DNA of 64,000 bases, taken from contig OX597814.1 in the NCBI GenBank assembly GCA_951406725.2, forward strand, positions 86,490,001 through 86,554,000, read 5' to 3'. Both the position numbers and the translations under genes were made by a program. The DNA comes from Octopus vulgaris (taxonomy: Eukaryota). This document shows positions 1 through 13,600 of this stretch, piece after piece. The notes under the pieces are model-generated. The model had not been told where the DNA came from. It worked only from the letters and a program-made list of their open reading frames with translations, and did not search any database. Every line of letters begins with the position of its first letter. Position 1 is the stretch's first letter.

Positions 1-1478
1 AAAACGACCGTAATAACTTGCAATAAAATTATTCAAATCGTTTTATTACTTTTTTAATACGTAAGTATTGTCCATAAAATTAACTGAACAAAGCAAAATA
101 ATTATTTTGCTTTCTAAAAAAAAAACTGACAAGAAATTCAGCAAATGATATGCAAGCTAAAGACGAAAATAGTTCTTGAATAATGATTGCAATATGTAAC
201 AAATTGCAAATACGTAGCCATTCTAAAACAAATGGTGCCATGTACCTTGCTTAATTTTGACGAGAGAAGGAACAAGAGAGACTTAAGTAAAACCTTTACT
301 TGACGACGTATAACAATATAGAAAATGCTTTTACCACGCATAACACATTCAAAAGGTCTGTTAATGAATGTGTAAAACGTCTTGTTACTGACTTGGATGT
401 GTATGTATATTAAGTAGGGCATATAGTGAGTATTTATCTACATTGTATTAACTGTGTTCCGAACTAGGATGGGATACTTACGAATTGGTATGTAGATATT
501 CAAAACTCAGCTGGGCTCGACTCAGGCTGCTGTAGGCCATGTTGAGTTAAAGGGAACTTCTTTAACCCGCCAGAATAAAAAAAAAAAAGAAAAGTGGGGG
601 AAAATCAAAAACTGAATTGGATAAATTATTAAAGAAATAAAATATAAAATTTTTCTTTTTAAATAAAATTCCAAATAAATAGTTAGGATATATATGTACT
701 TTATCAGTTTACCGTTGGCTCTTTTCGTTTAAAGTAAACTGTTTACGTTGATAAACAGAAATCCATATCCGAAGTGGGTTTTAAGTCAAAACTAGCATCG
801 GGGGAAGTCAAGATGAATTAAGTGGAGGCTGTCCACGCCTTCCCCTGGTTTATATATACGTGTGTGAGGGGGTTAGGTGGTGTATGTTTGAGTGTAACAT
901 GGACGTCGACATCCATGGTGAAGTACTAAACTTAGTGACACAGGCATCATTAGTCCTTCCAAAAAAAAAAACGAAATGTATTGACTATAGTGATCAGGGT
1001 AGTCGCTTGATATAGAAGTAGTAAAGTATTATAAAACGAAATTAAGAGAAAAATATAACAGACAAAAAAAAAATTTTAATTCACAGGTGAAAATTGGCAA
1101 GGTGATAAGGAGAAAACCACTGAAAACTACTGTAATTCATAACAAAAATATACAAACTATAGAGAGAAATCGCTGTTCCAATCTCGACTTTACTTCCTAA
1201 CAACTCTTATCTGAAAATTCATTATCATACACACAAAAAAATTGTAATTATGTACTTTTTCCTTGTTAAAGTTTTCTTTTTCCATTAAATTTATTCCAAA
1301 ATGCCTTACCGTCGGGTTTCGTTGTACCGAAAGTATTTTAAGCGGGAAGAATTAACAAAGGAGAGAAAAAAAAGGGAGATGTTTTTTTTTTTGTTTTGTT
1401 CTTTGTTTTTGTTTTTTGTAACTCTTTTTTTTTTATTGTGTAAAATAGAGAGGAAGCTGCAACAGTAGTTATTGAACG

Positions 1479-1698
1479 ATGGCAGAAAGTAAGACCTGGT
1501 CAAACACAGCAAGTGGCAGCTACACGCAACATAGAGATTCCATGATATGGACATCTACAAGTAAGAAAACCAACTCTATCACAAGTTGCTGCAGCAAAGA
1601 CAGTAGTAGTAGTGATGAAGAAGACCAAGAAGAAATTCAACGACTTAGAGAAGCTGCCATTTCAGTAGAGCTACATACCGAAGACGACAGTAACGCAA
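1479..1698 (+). CDS. CUSTOS: CUSTOS coding exon 1 (MAESK...DSSSSDEEDQEEIQRLREAAISVELHTEDDSNA)
   Basis: ATG at 1479 (acgATGg), acidic Ser-rich stretch plus REAA motif, donor gcaa|gtaaat at 1699, phase 1. The start codon and donor choice are less certain than the motif. Confidence 0.8.
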
Positions 1699-4600
1699 GT
1701 AAATTGTCACTTGTGTCTAATTATATTCTTACCATATGATATAAATACAGTAACGTCAGCAACAATAAACTGAGTGTACTATATAATAATAATATGGCGA
1801 TGGGGCGGTATTTCCTTTGTCTCATATAATATAGTGAAGTGGCATTTATAGCTTCACTTCCCTACCTCATATCATAGCAGCCATGCCGCCGCTGCTCTTG
1901 CTGACGTCAGGTTCCTACTACCATATATGGTATGTCTGCATTATGCTAATCAACCGCGTGCGGCGCGATCGTTAGCTGCCATGTTGGATGGGTAGTAAAA
2001 TAGACTGGCAGTGTTTTTCCTCATTTTTATTTTGCAAAATATCAACTCTTCGAAGTGTGTTTATTTTGGTTATAGAATGCCATGGCAAAAGTAATTCCAT
2101 CTGAGGACTATCTTAATCTTTAGCCATATCAACTGAGAATAGTATCCAGTGTAAATATATCTGGAAGACGTCGGGGCAGGAGACGGTGATTTGCACTCCC
2201 TTCCCCTTCCGTGAACTCAACTGCTGCCAATATGGAGAGATCTGATTTACTTTATCAGTCGTCGTTCCTCTTCTAATTCTATGCTTTGCTACACAAACAG
2301 TAGCATCAGTTAGGGTGGGGGTTCATACTATTCATTTTTAAATGTATTTCTAACCTTTTATTATTTTTTTTCTTCAACCAAGATTGTGATGCCTTGTATT
2401 AATAATGTATTTCTTTTCACTTGTAATATTTCACATTTCAGCAACAATTTTTACTTGGTTTTGAATTTCTTTCTTTATATTGATTTCGTGTTTTCTTTTT
2501 TAGAGACTCGGTTAAGAAAAAAAAATAATCATAAATTCTGTTGTAATTATTGTATCTACAGGGATCTGGTTCTATGTTCTCTATACCCTAAATAATGATT
2601 GCTGTTAACAACCACTATAGTGCTATTCATTTCACAAGCATCTCTGCCTTCTGTTAGATTTACTACCATGTCAATTATATTTAAGTCGAGATAACACAGG
2701 CGAAGTTCTTTCTACAACTGTCTCTGCTACAACATAATTCTTTTTAAAAATATTGTTCCATATATTCATTTTTGTGCTGCTGTATTCAGCTATTCAACTC
2801 TCAAAGAGCAAGCAGCCACTTAGCTTCTCCCTCTTCTTTACCGATATATGTGTGATATGGTTTCTCCACTTAAATGGATATTCTCCCTATATCCTTTCTG
2901 ATCTGCGTTTTCCATGCCGTTTTATAATAAAATGTATCTCTTAAGTATTTCATGTTTTCCAGTTCTCCATGGTAGTAATATATTTTCTATTCTGAAGTTG
3001 GATTAATTTTGTTCTCCTTTCTTGGCCTCTTCTACCAACTAGCTGCCTGTTTTTCTACTTATGACATTTGGCTAATATACTTCTAGACATCTCCGTGCGT
3101 ATACAATTTACATGTTTTCTACACAGCATTCATTATTTTTTATACATAAGTGTATAGGATTGTTGTTTTGTTTTTTTTTTTGCGACCTTACCTTTTTTTT
3201 CCTTTGTTTATATTTTTTGTTGCTTTTCCAATGGATTTCGATACCAAATGTTCTTCACTTTCTTGTCGAACCTGCGAAGGGAAAAAATTGACAAAAGGCA
3301 GATGTAGAACAGTTTTTTTGTTTTGTTTTGTTTGTTTGTTTTTTTTTAAGATCAGTTCATGGCTGTATATGCATTTTGGCTTGATATGAAAAGTCTGAGG
3401 TCGCCATCGTTGACTAAGTGATGATCATTGCGTCTGACAGGTAGAGAAATAAGAGATTGCTGTTCTGAGTTGACGCAAGACAATCTGTGCCGCTTTAATA
3501 TGAGAAGCGCACGATCGCCCCTCCTGGCTGTCCCCCACCCACCCGCGACTAGCAACTGGGCGCCACCATTCGATGTTTTAAAACCGACCACACTCCTCCT
3601 TTGTTCCTGCAATTTAGCAACGAAGAATATGTGCTCTACTTTTGTATTTCAAAGTTACCAGTAATAATTTAACTTCAGTTTGTTTTCCAACAGTGAAAAC
3701 ATTTTCTTTGATTGCAATTATTTTTTTTTGTCGTTCTTGCCTGCAAGTCAAGATATACCATATCCTTTTTTGTTCTTTTTTTCCATAGAGACCATAATGT
3801 CTCTAGAATACAAAGTGTTTGTTAACTGTTGTGTAGATAGCTTGATTATATTAAGTACTATCGTTTTTTTAACCTTGACCTTCTTTAATGCTCTTTGTTC
3901 TGGAATAGATTGGATAGTATTATGCTTTTTTATGGGTTTTGGGTTTATATGCAAAAGACATTTTATTCAGCTTCGGAATATTCTATTAAATTAGTAAAAC
4001 TGATTTAGGTCATTCCAAGCTTGTCGAAAACAAATTTTTTTCATTTGCTTTTTTTTTGTAACATAATATTCTGTTCGTTGCCAGCATAACCATAATTTAT
4101 GTATTCTTTCCATTTCTTATTTGCTTAACTTCGTTTTCCTTTTTTTCTTTTGTTTAAAATTTACAAATTTTTGGAATATTTGGCTGAAGAATCCGATGTT
4201 TGCAACGTCACTGTTATTGGCAAGTTTGTGATATTTTTCCAGATAGAATAAAACGTAATCAAATTTACTTGCAGCATATTAGGTATCGAGTATTTTCGTA
4301 ATGGCTTGGGGATGATATCCATATTCTTGCATTTACACTATTCTTCTATCATTTATTGCAAGATGCCCCTCTGAAACACAATAACGATTTTCTAGTAAAA
4401 TATAATGCATTTGTTATATAAATACGTAATTTATCTTGTGAAATATTGATTTATCTTAATATATTTAGTAAGTTAACGAGTCGTGGTGTTTGAAGATTGA
4501 GTTTTACTTCTGTCAAAGTTGCATAAATTAGTGACAGCCAAATTTTCATCAGTTGTAATAAATTTAAAGACATTGAAATATGATTCTTCAGTTAAAACAA

Positions 4601-7600
4601 GTTTTTTTTTTAAATTTCATCAAATTTGTATGTTCAAATATTTTCTTATGTAAGCAATTTCGGGAAAACTTTATATTTATAAAATTTCAATTAAACTGTT
4701 TAGGATTAGTGAGTTTTATATGAACGTGTTCTATCATTTCGACTGGGTGAGCATCTTGTATCGTTGAGTGAACCCTATAATGGAGGCGTAAAAGCTTAAT
4801 CGGAAGCTTTCTGCTGTCGTCAATATTTGTGGTGTTATTTGAGTTTAATTGTATTCATTAAAATGTTTCGAGGTCTAGCGATCAATGCAACCTTCAGAGA
4901 TGTACAGTTTATAGGTGGTTGTGGCTTCTTGAACACCACCTGGTCCTTAGTTGCTTTTAGCGAAATTCGGAGCAAATTCTATTTCCTTCCTCGTCACTTT
5001 TTTTTTATCCCTGCTAGAATTGGGACGTCCTGCAAGTTTTGCTCTTTTGGGAATCATTTAAAATTGGATCTTTGTTTTTTAATATATTCTTCATCAAATG
5101 AGCTGCTTCAGTTTGAATGCCGTTTTTGATCTAAATCCACTTAACCTTCAAAAAACTTTTTGTTTTTTTAAATACTACAAAATGATTTTGAATAAATTAT
5201 TTCCATTTCCTCCACGCGTGCACACACACTTCTGTGAGCCACAGCTGTCTTTCATCAATGCTGCAAGTCACGTGAAGAGCATGTGGTCTTCAGTAAAGTG
5301 ATGCAATGAAGTAGAAAATTGAATGCATTATAGGACATACGCTTTACACTTGTCTTGGGGTTTTTTTTATGTTGAGTGACTTTTAATTGCAAACACCATA
5401 ATGTTTTCATTTTTTTTTTTTTCATTGTAGACGTAATTGGTATAGAAAAAGAATCTGTGAATGATTAAGCAATAATGAAATATCTTTAAATAAAATTGAA
5501 ATGTTTAAGTTCTGCTATTGCTCAAAACATTCTGGATTTCATTTATGTTTCATTTGGCAGCCAGTGTAATTAGTTGGTATATAGCATGTTTAAGTGTTCG
5601 TTACACATTTTACCTGGAATTGTGCTCCTTAGACTAGGTATTAAATGTTTATGAAATCATTAAAATTTGTTGGATCTTTTATGTTGCTATTGATGTTACA
5701 CTTATTGTTCTCTCTCTCTCTATCATTTATGATTTCTAAAAGTGTGCATAAGACTAGTTTCAACCTGTTTTTATTATTTATCGATGGTTAATACCTTGAG
5801 AGAGGTATTAATACCATGGAAGAGTAGCTCTAAAATGCACCACAAAGTCTAGATATTTTGCTGACAAGGGCTAAATTGCATAAGCTGTACTATTTCTTGG
5901 TGTGTCAATGGAATGAATAAAAGCTGAGTGTGAAACTTTTTCTGAATCTTAATATCAGAACTATAGTCAGATGCCTACACTTATAAAAACCATCAGCTTC
6001 AATATTTTTTTTTATGGTAGAGCTGCAATATTTAAATTATGCTCTGAGGTCAAGTGCCTGAGTCAATGAAACTGACTGAAACCCTTCCCCTCTAAATTTT
6101 ATATCTTCCAAGGTTAAATTATAATTGCTCTTCCTGAATGATTAGTTAGGAAAAGCACATCAAAGAAATAATGTCTTTGTTACATGGGGATATAATGATA
6201 TGGATGATGGTGAATTTTTTTTTTTTTTTATGTAAAGGTACGTATAACGATTAAATTCATTAGAAATCAAAATAAAGAACATTTTCAGCACAACAACAAT
6301 CAAGAGAATCCTAACTATTCTGGTTGTGTTGACCTTTGCTGTTTGTGGAGAAATTTCTCAGACTGAGGGGGTCAAGCAAGTTATCTAAGAACATCATTTT
6401 CATGTATTGCTGACACACTTTTCATAATGGCATTGACCAGTCTTGAGTGACCCAAAGTCATTCACAAAAAAGACTTAAGGTTTATTACTACCTTAATGGT
6501 ACAATATTTGTATATTTCTTCATGCAAATTTCATTATTTTGCCATCTACATGTTTTCTTGCTATTGTTTTAAGCAAGTAATCTAATGCAGGAAGGCAGCA
6601 ATTGCTGTACATACAATAATGAAAGGCACTTCACTTTCTTCCATTAAATCTTGATCAGATAATTTGTCAGCTCCACCATGAAAATAAGTCAATATTCATG
6701 ATCTTCAAGAACAACTGAACAACAAAGAAGCATTGAAATGTTATATCACTATCACAATAATGTTTGCACAGTCTTTGTTAGCAAAGATTTTGCTGTTAGT
6801 TGTTACTTAATAGACCTGGATTTAAAATGGGACTGCTACATGGTTGAGGAAGTCCACTGTCTGCATCCAGTTAGTGTTGAAAGTCTCTTGAATTCTGCAA
6901 GAGAGACCAGAAGCACTTATCCAAATCATTTAACCTATCTGTGCAATTCTCTATAAACATTGAATCTGTCAACAAACCTGTAGATATGAAAGTGTTCTTT
7001 TAGTATATATGATTATCACAGTGTAGACATCTGACAGTGTAGATTCTGACAGTGTAGACATCTGACAGTGTAGATTCTGATATTAAGATTCAGAAAAGGT
7101 TTCACACTCAGTTTTTATTCATTCCATTGACACACCAAGGAACGTGAAGTTTTAAATAGGTCTGTTTTCAAACTGAAATTAAAACAAAGTAATACTTTGG
7201 GCATTTGGCAATTGCCATAAAAGTCAAAATGAAAAATTAGGGAAATGTTTTGTTTTTGTTTTGTTTTTTTTTATGTATATGCATGTAAGGTAATAAAAGC
7301 CGTAATGTTTTGGGTGGCAAGATATTGATAGGTCAACAAACTTGGAATTAATGAGAGTCAGAGGTCACCAAATGTCTTCTAATACATTTGTTACAAATAT
7401 TTTCAAGGGTATAAACAAAAGCTGGTTGTCAAGTGATGATGGGGAACAAAAATACAAAGACACACAAACATATGGCTTCCACACAGTTTCCTTCTACCAA
7501 ATTTTACTTGGCATTGGTCACCTGAAGGCTATACTGGCAGACACTTGTTTGAAGTGCTGTGTAGTGGAAAGGAACTGCAAACCATGTGGTTGCAAAGCAA

Positions 7601-10600
7601 GCTTCTTAACCATGTAACCAAAAACAACAAATTTATCATTTTTAAAATTCATTGAAATACTCATCTGATTTTATTCATACATGCAATACCGTTTCTTCAA
7701 CAACTTTCTCTTTCACTAAACTATAGGGTGGCCACAAAGTCATGCACTGTTGGCCACCTAGTACAGAATTTAAAATTGCGATGAACCCTCTCAAATAGCT
7801 CTTCATTGATCTGTTCACATGTTTCAACAATCCTTTGAAGATGTCCTTAGTCATAAATCTTCTCAGAATACTCGAGGGATGTGATATATTCTCAGAAAAC
7901 GTCTATGGGTGTTAAATCTGGTGACTGGTGCCCATTCAATTGGCCTGCAATGCTGGAGCCACCTCCCTGGATAAAATTCATTCACAAACTTGTAATGCAT
8001 AATGGAGCGGAGCCCCATCCTGAAACCGAACACGATTTCCCCTTCCAAGTGAATGCACATGAGGCATCATCTTGTTGCCAAGCATGTCCAAATATGAATC
8101 ACCTGTCACAGAGTCCTCAAATTAAAATGGTCCTATTACTTGGTTGTGCCAAATCCCGCACCACACCATTACCTCTCCTCCCCTCCCCCCGCCTTGATTA
8201 TCAGCCTCCATCCAGTGAGGATTGGTTTGTGAGTAATATTGGCAGTTGTAAAAAGAGTTTAAAAAACAATGTTAGCAATTTCACGTATTGCAGGGTGGTG
8301 CATGACTTTATGGTCACCCATTATGGAAATTTTCCTTTGTGAAGCATTTGTTTACAGACACTATTTTCTTCACCACAAAAATTATTCCACAATTTAAGTC
8401 ACAAAACAACTGTAAACTGATTAGTCTCAGTAGAATGTATGAGAAATGTTCATATTATACTGTTCAGTTTCTAAGAGAATTATGCAAGGTAAACCATGCC
8501 TACTAACACTAAACCTATAAGTATTACTAGATATGAAAGTAAATGTCTAATTTAATGCATGAAATTCAATGTATAATTCGGTAAAAGGCTACTACTTTTC
8601 AAACCTAATTACATATATATATGGCATAACATAATTAAGTCCATATGCCATTGATTAAATTTTATAATACATTTAGATATAGTGTAATAAAAACAAAATG
8701 AATTCTGCTTTTTCTCTCAGTGTCTGTACAGTGAGGAGTGTGTCCTCCATTGCATCTTTATTTGCTTCTGTTGATTTAATTTTTAGAGACATTTCATTTC
8801 ATGTAAGGATATAACATCCTACATTATAATAAAGTAATTGCAATGCATAGGTGTGGGTGTGTAACCATAATGCAATGATTGGTTAACTTGCATTACACTA
8901 CCAGCCCTTCCTACTTTCCACATATCACACCAAGCACCTCACCTTGGCCCTCTTTCCAAACAGTGGGAGGGAAGTTATGAGGAATAAAAGTAGGAAGAAG
9001 AAATGCATGTTAGAGTGGAGGAGTAAAATAAGAAGTATAAAACAATAAAATCAAAAATGTAAGAGGGAAAGAGAGTGAAGGGATGAAATAGCAGAAAATG
9101 AGAGTGAGTGCTATTACAGTTGCTGGTGTTTATCAAATATTTTTCTGCGTGTAAGGTGCTGTCAGTTGATACTGGTGTTCAGTCGTGTTAACCTTCTTGC
9201 ATTCACATTACTCTGTCAAACGTATTTATTCATATTGATGTGAATTAATCCTGCATTATCTCATAGCTTTGAAATGTTGATGACCCGATTGTTTATCTTT
9301 TGAATGACATTGTAGGGTAGGTGTGAGAAGGCAGACCTGGTCAGTCTGAACAAAAGCAGATGGAATATTTAGGCTGGATGTAACCAGTTTAAATGCTAAA
9401 GGGTTAAAGCAATAAATACTTGATGGACAACCAGATTATGAAGGAGCTTCTATATAGTTGTTCAAACTTCAAGAAATGATGGCCAAATCACTACCATTTT
9501 AAATGATATACAAAAAAAATGGGATGGTCATGGAACAACTAAGTTTACTTCAAAATCAATGAAAAGGCCTCTGTACACTCACTTGACCTACTACAAGTAG
9601 CCAAATTTCTCTCAAATCACACTCTTATTGCATTAAATTAGGAAACAATACATTGAACAATTTAGTCTTACATGGACAAAAAAGAGTCAAGATAGTCATG
9701 ACTGGAATATCATTAATTGTTAATCTGGTGATAAGCAACCAGGTTTACTTAGATACTTAGTAACAGTTTTTACCATCAACATAGCTAATCATCATATGGG
9801 ATATGTATATATTATAATACACACGAACACATAAAACTCTGTGAGTTGTTGCTTTGAGTTCCTCATTCCTCGTCTTTAAACAACTTGTGTTTATAGTCAT
9901 TTAAGCTTGTGCATTTATCTGTCAATTGGATCTGATCAAGTGACCCTGAAAACAACATGAGCATTGGCTGCACGCAATGACAGGTGAGAATGAGTGCAGA
10001 GAAAGAATAGGAAAGAAAACAAAAAGTAATGGATAAACCTATAAGAATTTTAGTTAAGAGACATGGGTTCAGAAATTTTAGTAGATAAATACATATCCAT
10101 TTGATCTCTTTCTTTTACTTATTTCAGTCATTTGACTGGAGCACCACCTTAAAATGTTTTAGTTAAAGAAATTGACCCCAGGACTTGTATTTTGTAAGCT
10201 TTGCTAAGTTACAGGGACATAAACACACCAACATTGGTTGTCAAGCAATGGTGAGGGAACAAACACAAATATATATATATACGATGGGCTTCTTTAAGTT
10301 TCTGTCTACAAAGTCTACTTACAAGGCTATAGTAAAAGACACTTGCTCAAAATGCCATGCAATGGGACTGAACCCAGAACCATGTGGTTGAGAAGCAGGC
10401 TTACATTTTAACATTGTAATTAGTTGCTATCAAATTGTCCTTACAAAGACCAGTGGAATAAAATCTCTTTATTTGAAAAACAGATAAGAGTTGGCAACTA
10501 GAAGGGCATCTGGCTATAAAATGCTGCTTAAAATTGATTTTATCTAAGTCATGATAAGCATGGACAATAAGTGAAAAGTTTATATACACAAGTACCATTT

Positions 10601-13600
10601 ATAACATAAATTGGTATGTGTGACTGTATCCACAAAAGTGTATTACTCATACTGAACATTTTTATAACATTTATTTTGATGTGTATAGTACGAATGTGCT
10701 TGAATAAAATTCTATAATATTCAGATAATTTTCACTTTCCTCGGCTGATCGAGAAATTAATTTTTTGTAACTAAACACTTTCAAACTTTGGACACTGGTA
10801 GAATGTGTCATATAGAACATCTTTTACTCTTAGTGTTGTTGAGAAAAGTTTCTATTTACGAAGTTATTTCGTGTTAAAGTTGTATTTCGGTAATTTCAAC
10901 CAATCAATGACGTGTATTCAGTTGAATAAAATTACTGCTGTTGTTTGTCAACAACTATCGGCGGTGTATATTTCGTTTGTCACTGTTATTTATGACATCG
11001 TTCGTGCGTTTGTACTGATTTTAGGGTTACAGTTACGGGGGGAAAAAAGTGAAAAATGAAGAAATTGGAGGTGTTGTACGGGGACAAAAAAATTTCAAAA
11101 TTCCGATTTGGGGGAATTTTCCGGAATCTTCGTATCCTAAAAGCTGAGGTTTTGGCAAAAAAAAAGTTTTTTAAACAATTTGCGAGAAAATGAGGGGAGT
11201 GACGGGAGGAAGTCTTTCCGAAAATAGTAGCTGAAAAACAACCTAAAAAGCAGTAGAAATGCACGAATTATTTTATTATAGAAACCAAATATTATTAGAG
11301 TATTAAGTAGAGTGATAGGGTCCTATGCAAGAAGTACTAACTGCACCAACTAGGTAAACTGTGGTCTGAAACCTTTTTATCAATAATCATAATAAAGTCA
11401 GTTCGATCAAGTTTGACCTTATTTAACAAGAACAAAGTACCAGTCAAGTATTGAAGCAGATTAAGCAAACTACATCTTTTCTCTAATTTATGTCTTGTGC
11501 CGATGTTAGACATCATCATTATTCTGTGCAGAATTGGTAGAACTGCAGGCAAATGCCATGTGAAATGTAATTGCTTTCATAATGCAAGGCTCGATGAAAT
11601 AAGTACTTGTCAAATACTGAGATCGATTTAATTATTCTCGTTTCCACCAGATCAGGGGTTTGTGCCAACTTCATTATTATAATCACCCTACAGGGCGTTG
11701 TAATTTTAACACATCAGTACATGAATACGCACACCACCCGTTTTCGGCCTAACCCTAAACGCCGAAAACGAGTAGTGTGCGTATTCTTTACCTTCGCCGG
11801 AGAATAAATCTCAGAGACAAATACGACACAAGTATTGAATTGAGTAAGGATTTAAATTTTAATTAAAGTTTAACTCTGGTTGCCATGTTACCTAAAATAA
11901 ATAGTTCAAGTAAAAAAGACGAGCTCACACAAGAGTATGAAAAAATAGTGAGTTTATTACTATGCTATAATTTCCATATAACATTCCTTTGTCACTTCTG
12001 TTTCACACACTATTCAGTTACAATGTGAACTCTTTAATTTCTACTCCATTTGGTTCATTGGACAGATATTCAAGTATAACGTATCTTAGCAAAAATGAAG
12101 TCAACTTTCAAAAGTGGATCTAAACCTCCCTTACTTTCTCTTACTCTATTTCTCTGGTTTATTTTATTTTAGTGACAATTTATTTTGTTTTTTGTCAGTT
12201 TTCTCTTAACATTATTTCGTATTTCTCATTTACTTTTTACGAGTAATATAAGTATTTTATTCATCTGGTTGTCATGGACATTACGTGTGCAATCCGCAAT
12301 TTACAGAACAAATATAAACAAGAACACTGAGAGCGCAAACCTCCGCCAAGGTAACGATTAGCCAGAGATGATTTTTAAAATGAGAATATCTGAAATAAAC
12401 TCGACTGTTTTCACAAACAGGAATGCTAAAGATAAATTCGACCGCTCTCAAAAATTAAGTTAAAAAAAAAACAGGAAAATAATCCAGAATCCTTGTCCGG
12501 TAATGGATCTATCCCAAAATCCAATCAGTTCGTGTCAGTCACAAGGCTTCATCAGAATCCATCCAGCGGTTCTTGAGATATCCTGTTCACGGGCAAACAA
12601 ACACAACTGAAAACAGTACCTCCACCTTACTTCGCTTAAGCAGAGGTAAAAAATACAGCGGCATCGAACCTTATTATGTTGTTATTTATCCATTAGTCAT
12701 ACCTGAGCATACCTATGACCAAAGACACTCCGTCCGTGAGCATTCCACATTTCTAGGTGATTTTGGACATATACTAGTGTTCCTTCGGTTTATATTCACA
12801 AACTACAACCAATTGAAGTAGAGAAATTACGTAAGAAATCGGCATTAAATGAATGTATGAAGGTTACCTGATTTATGTGTATAACGATATACAATCCGAG
12901 TGTCCAAATGATTGATTTAAGATGAAATCTCCGAGTGACTGTTTATGAAAGATGATTTAATATAAAATGAAAATGAATATCCGAATGATGTATTATAAAA
13001 AGTGCGAATGATTTTTTTTTTATGAAAGATCAATAATTATGAGTTGAAAGGAATATATGAATGATTTATTAGTGAATTGTAAAAACAAAAATATTCAACT
13101 TTGTGCGTAAATTTACAGAGATTGCTGAATAGAGTCAAATCAAACTAACTTTATAGTCTGTAATCATAAACCGAAAGAATACCTTATATATTAACGTTCG
13201 TTTTCTTTAAGTTTATATAACATATTTGAGAGATTTAGCTGTTATTTCTAGAAGTTAGCAACTATGTAGAGTTTCCCTTATTGATTCGACTCAAGCAACT
13301 ATTTCGTGAGTTGACACAATTTATCTTAATCAATTCGTTTAGGAGTTGGTAGTAGACACTACAAGATCCACCAATTCGATAGTTGCTGACTCACCTTATC
13401 CATAATAAAGTAAACGTTAAAAAGAACTCTCTTTCTTTCTTCATGTGTTATACAGCAAAAAGGTTGTGGACCTTAATGCTAAGATGTGAAGGGAATCTTT
13501 TGTTTGGCTGCACCTGTGGAAATTTTTAAGTTTAGTGAAAATTTTGAAATTTGTGTATTGATGTAATTTTCCAAGCTGAATCTCAGGAGATAATCCAGAA

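Noticed and set aside
4730-5310. Transposase-like or exon-like coding remnant
   Set aside because: Slightly GC-richer with isolated motif-like words, but stops in the frames examined and no family I can support.
7019-7080. CRISPR-like array
   Set aside because: Eukaryotic context, and the units are contiguous with no unique spacers; it is a minisatellite.
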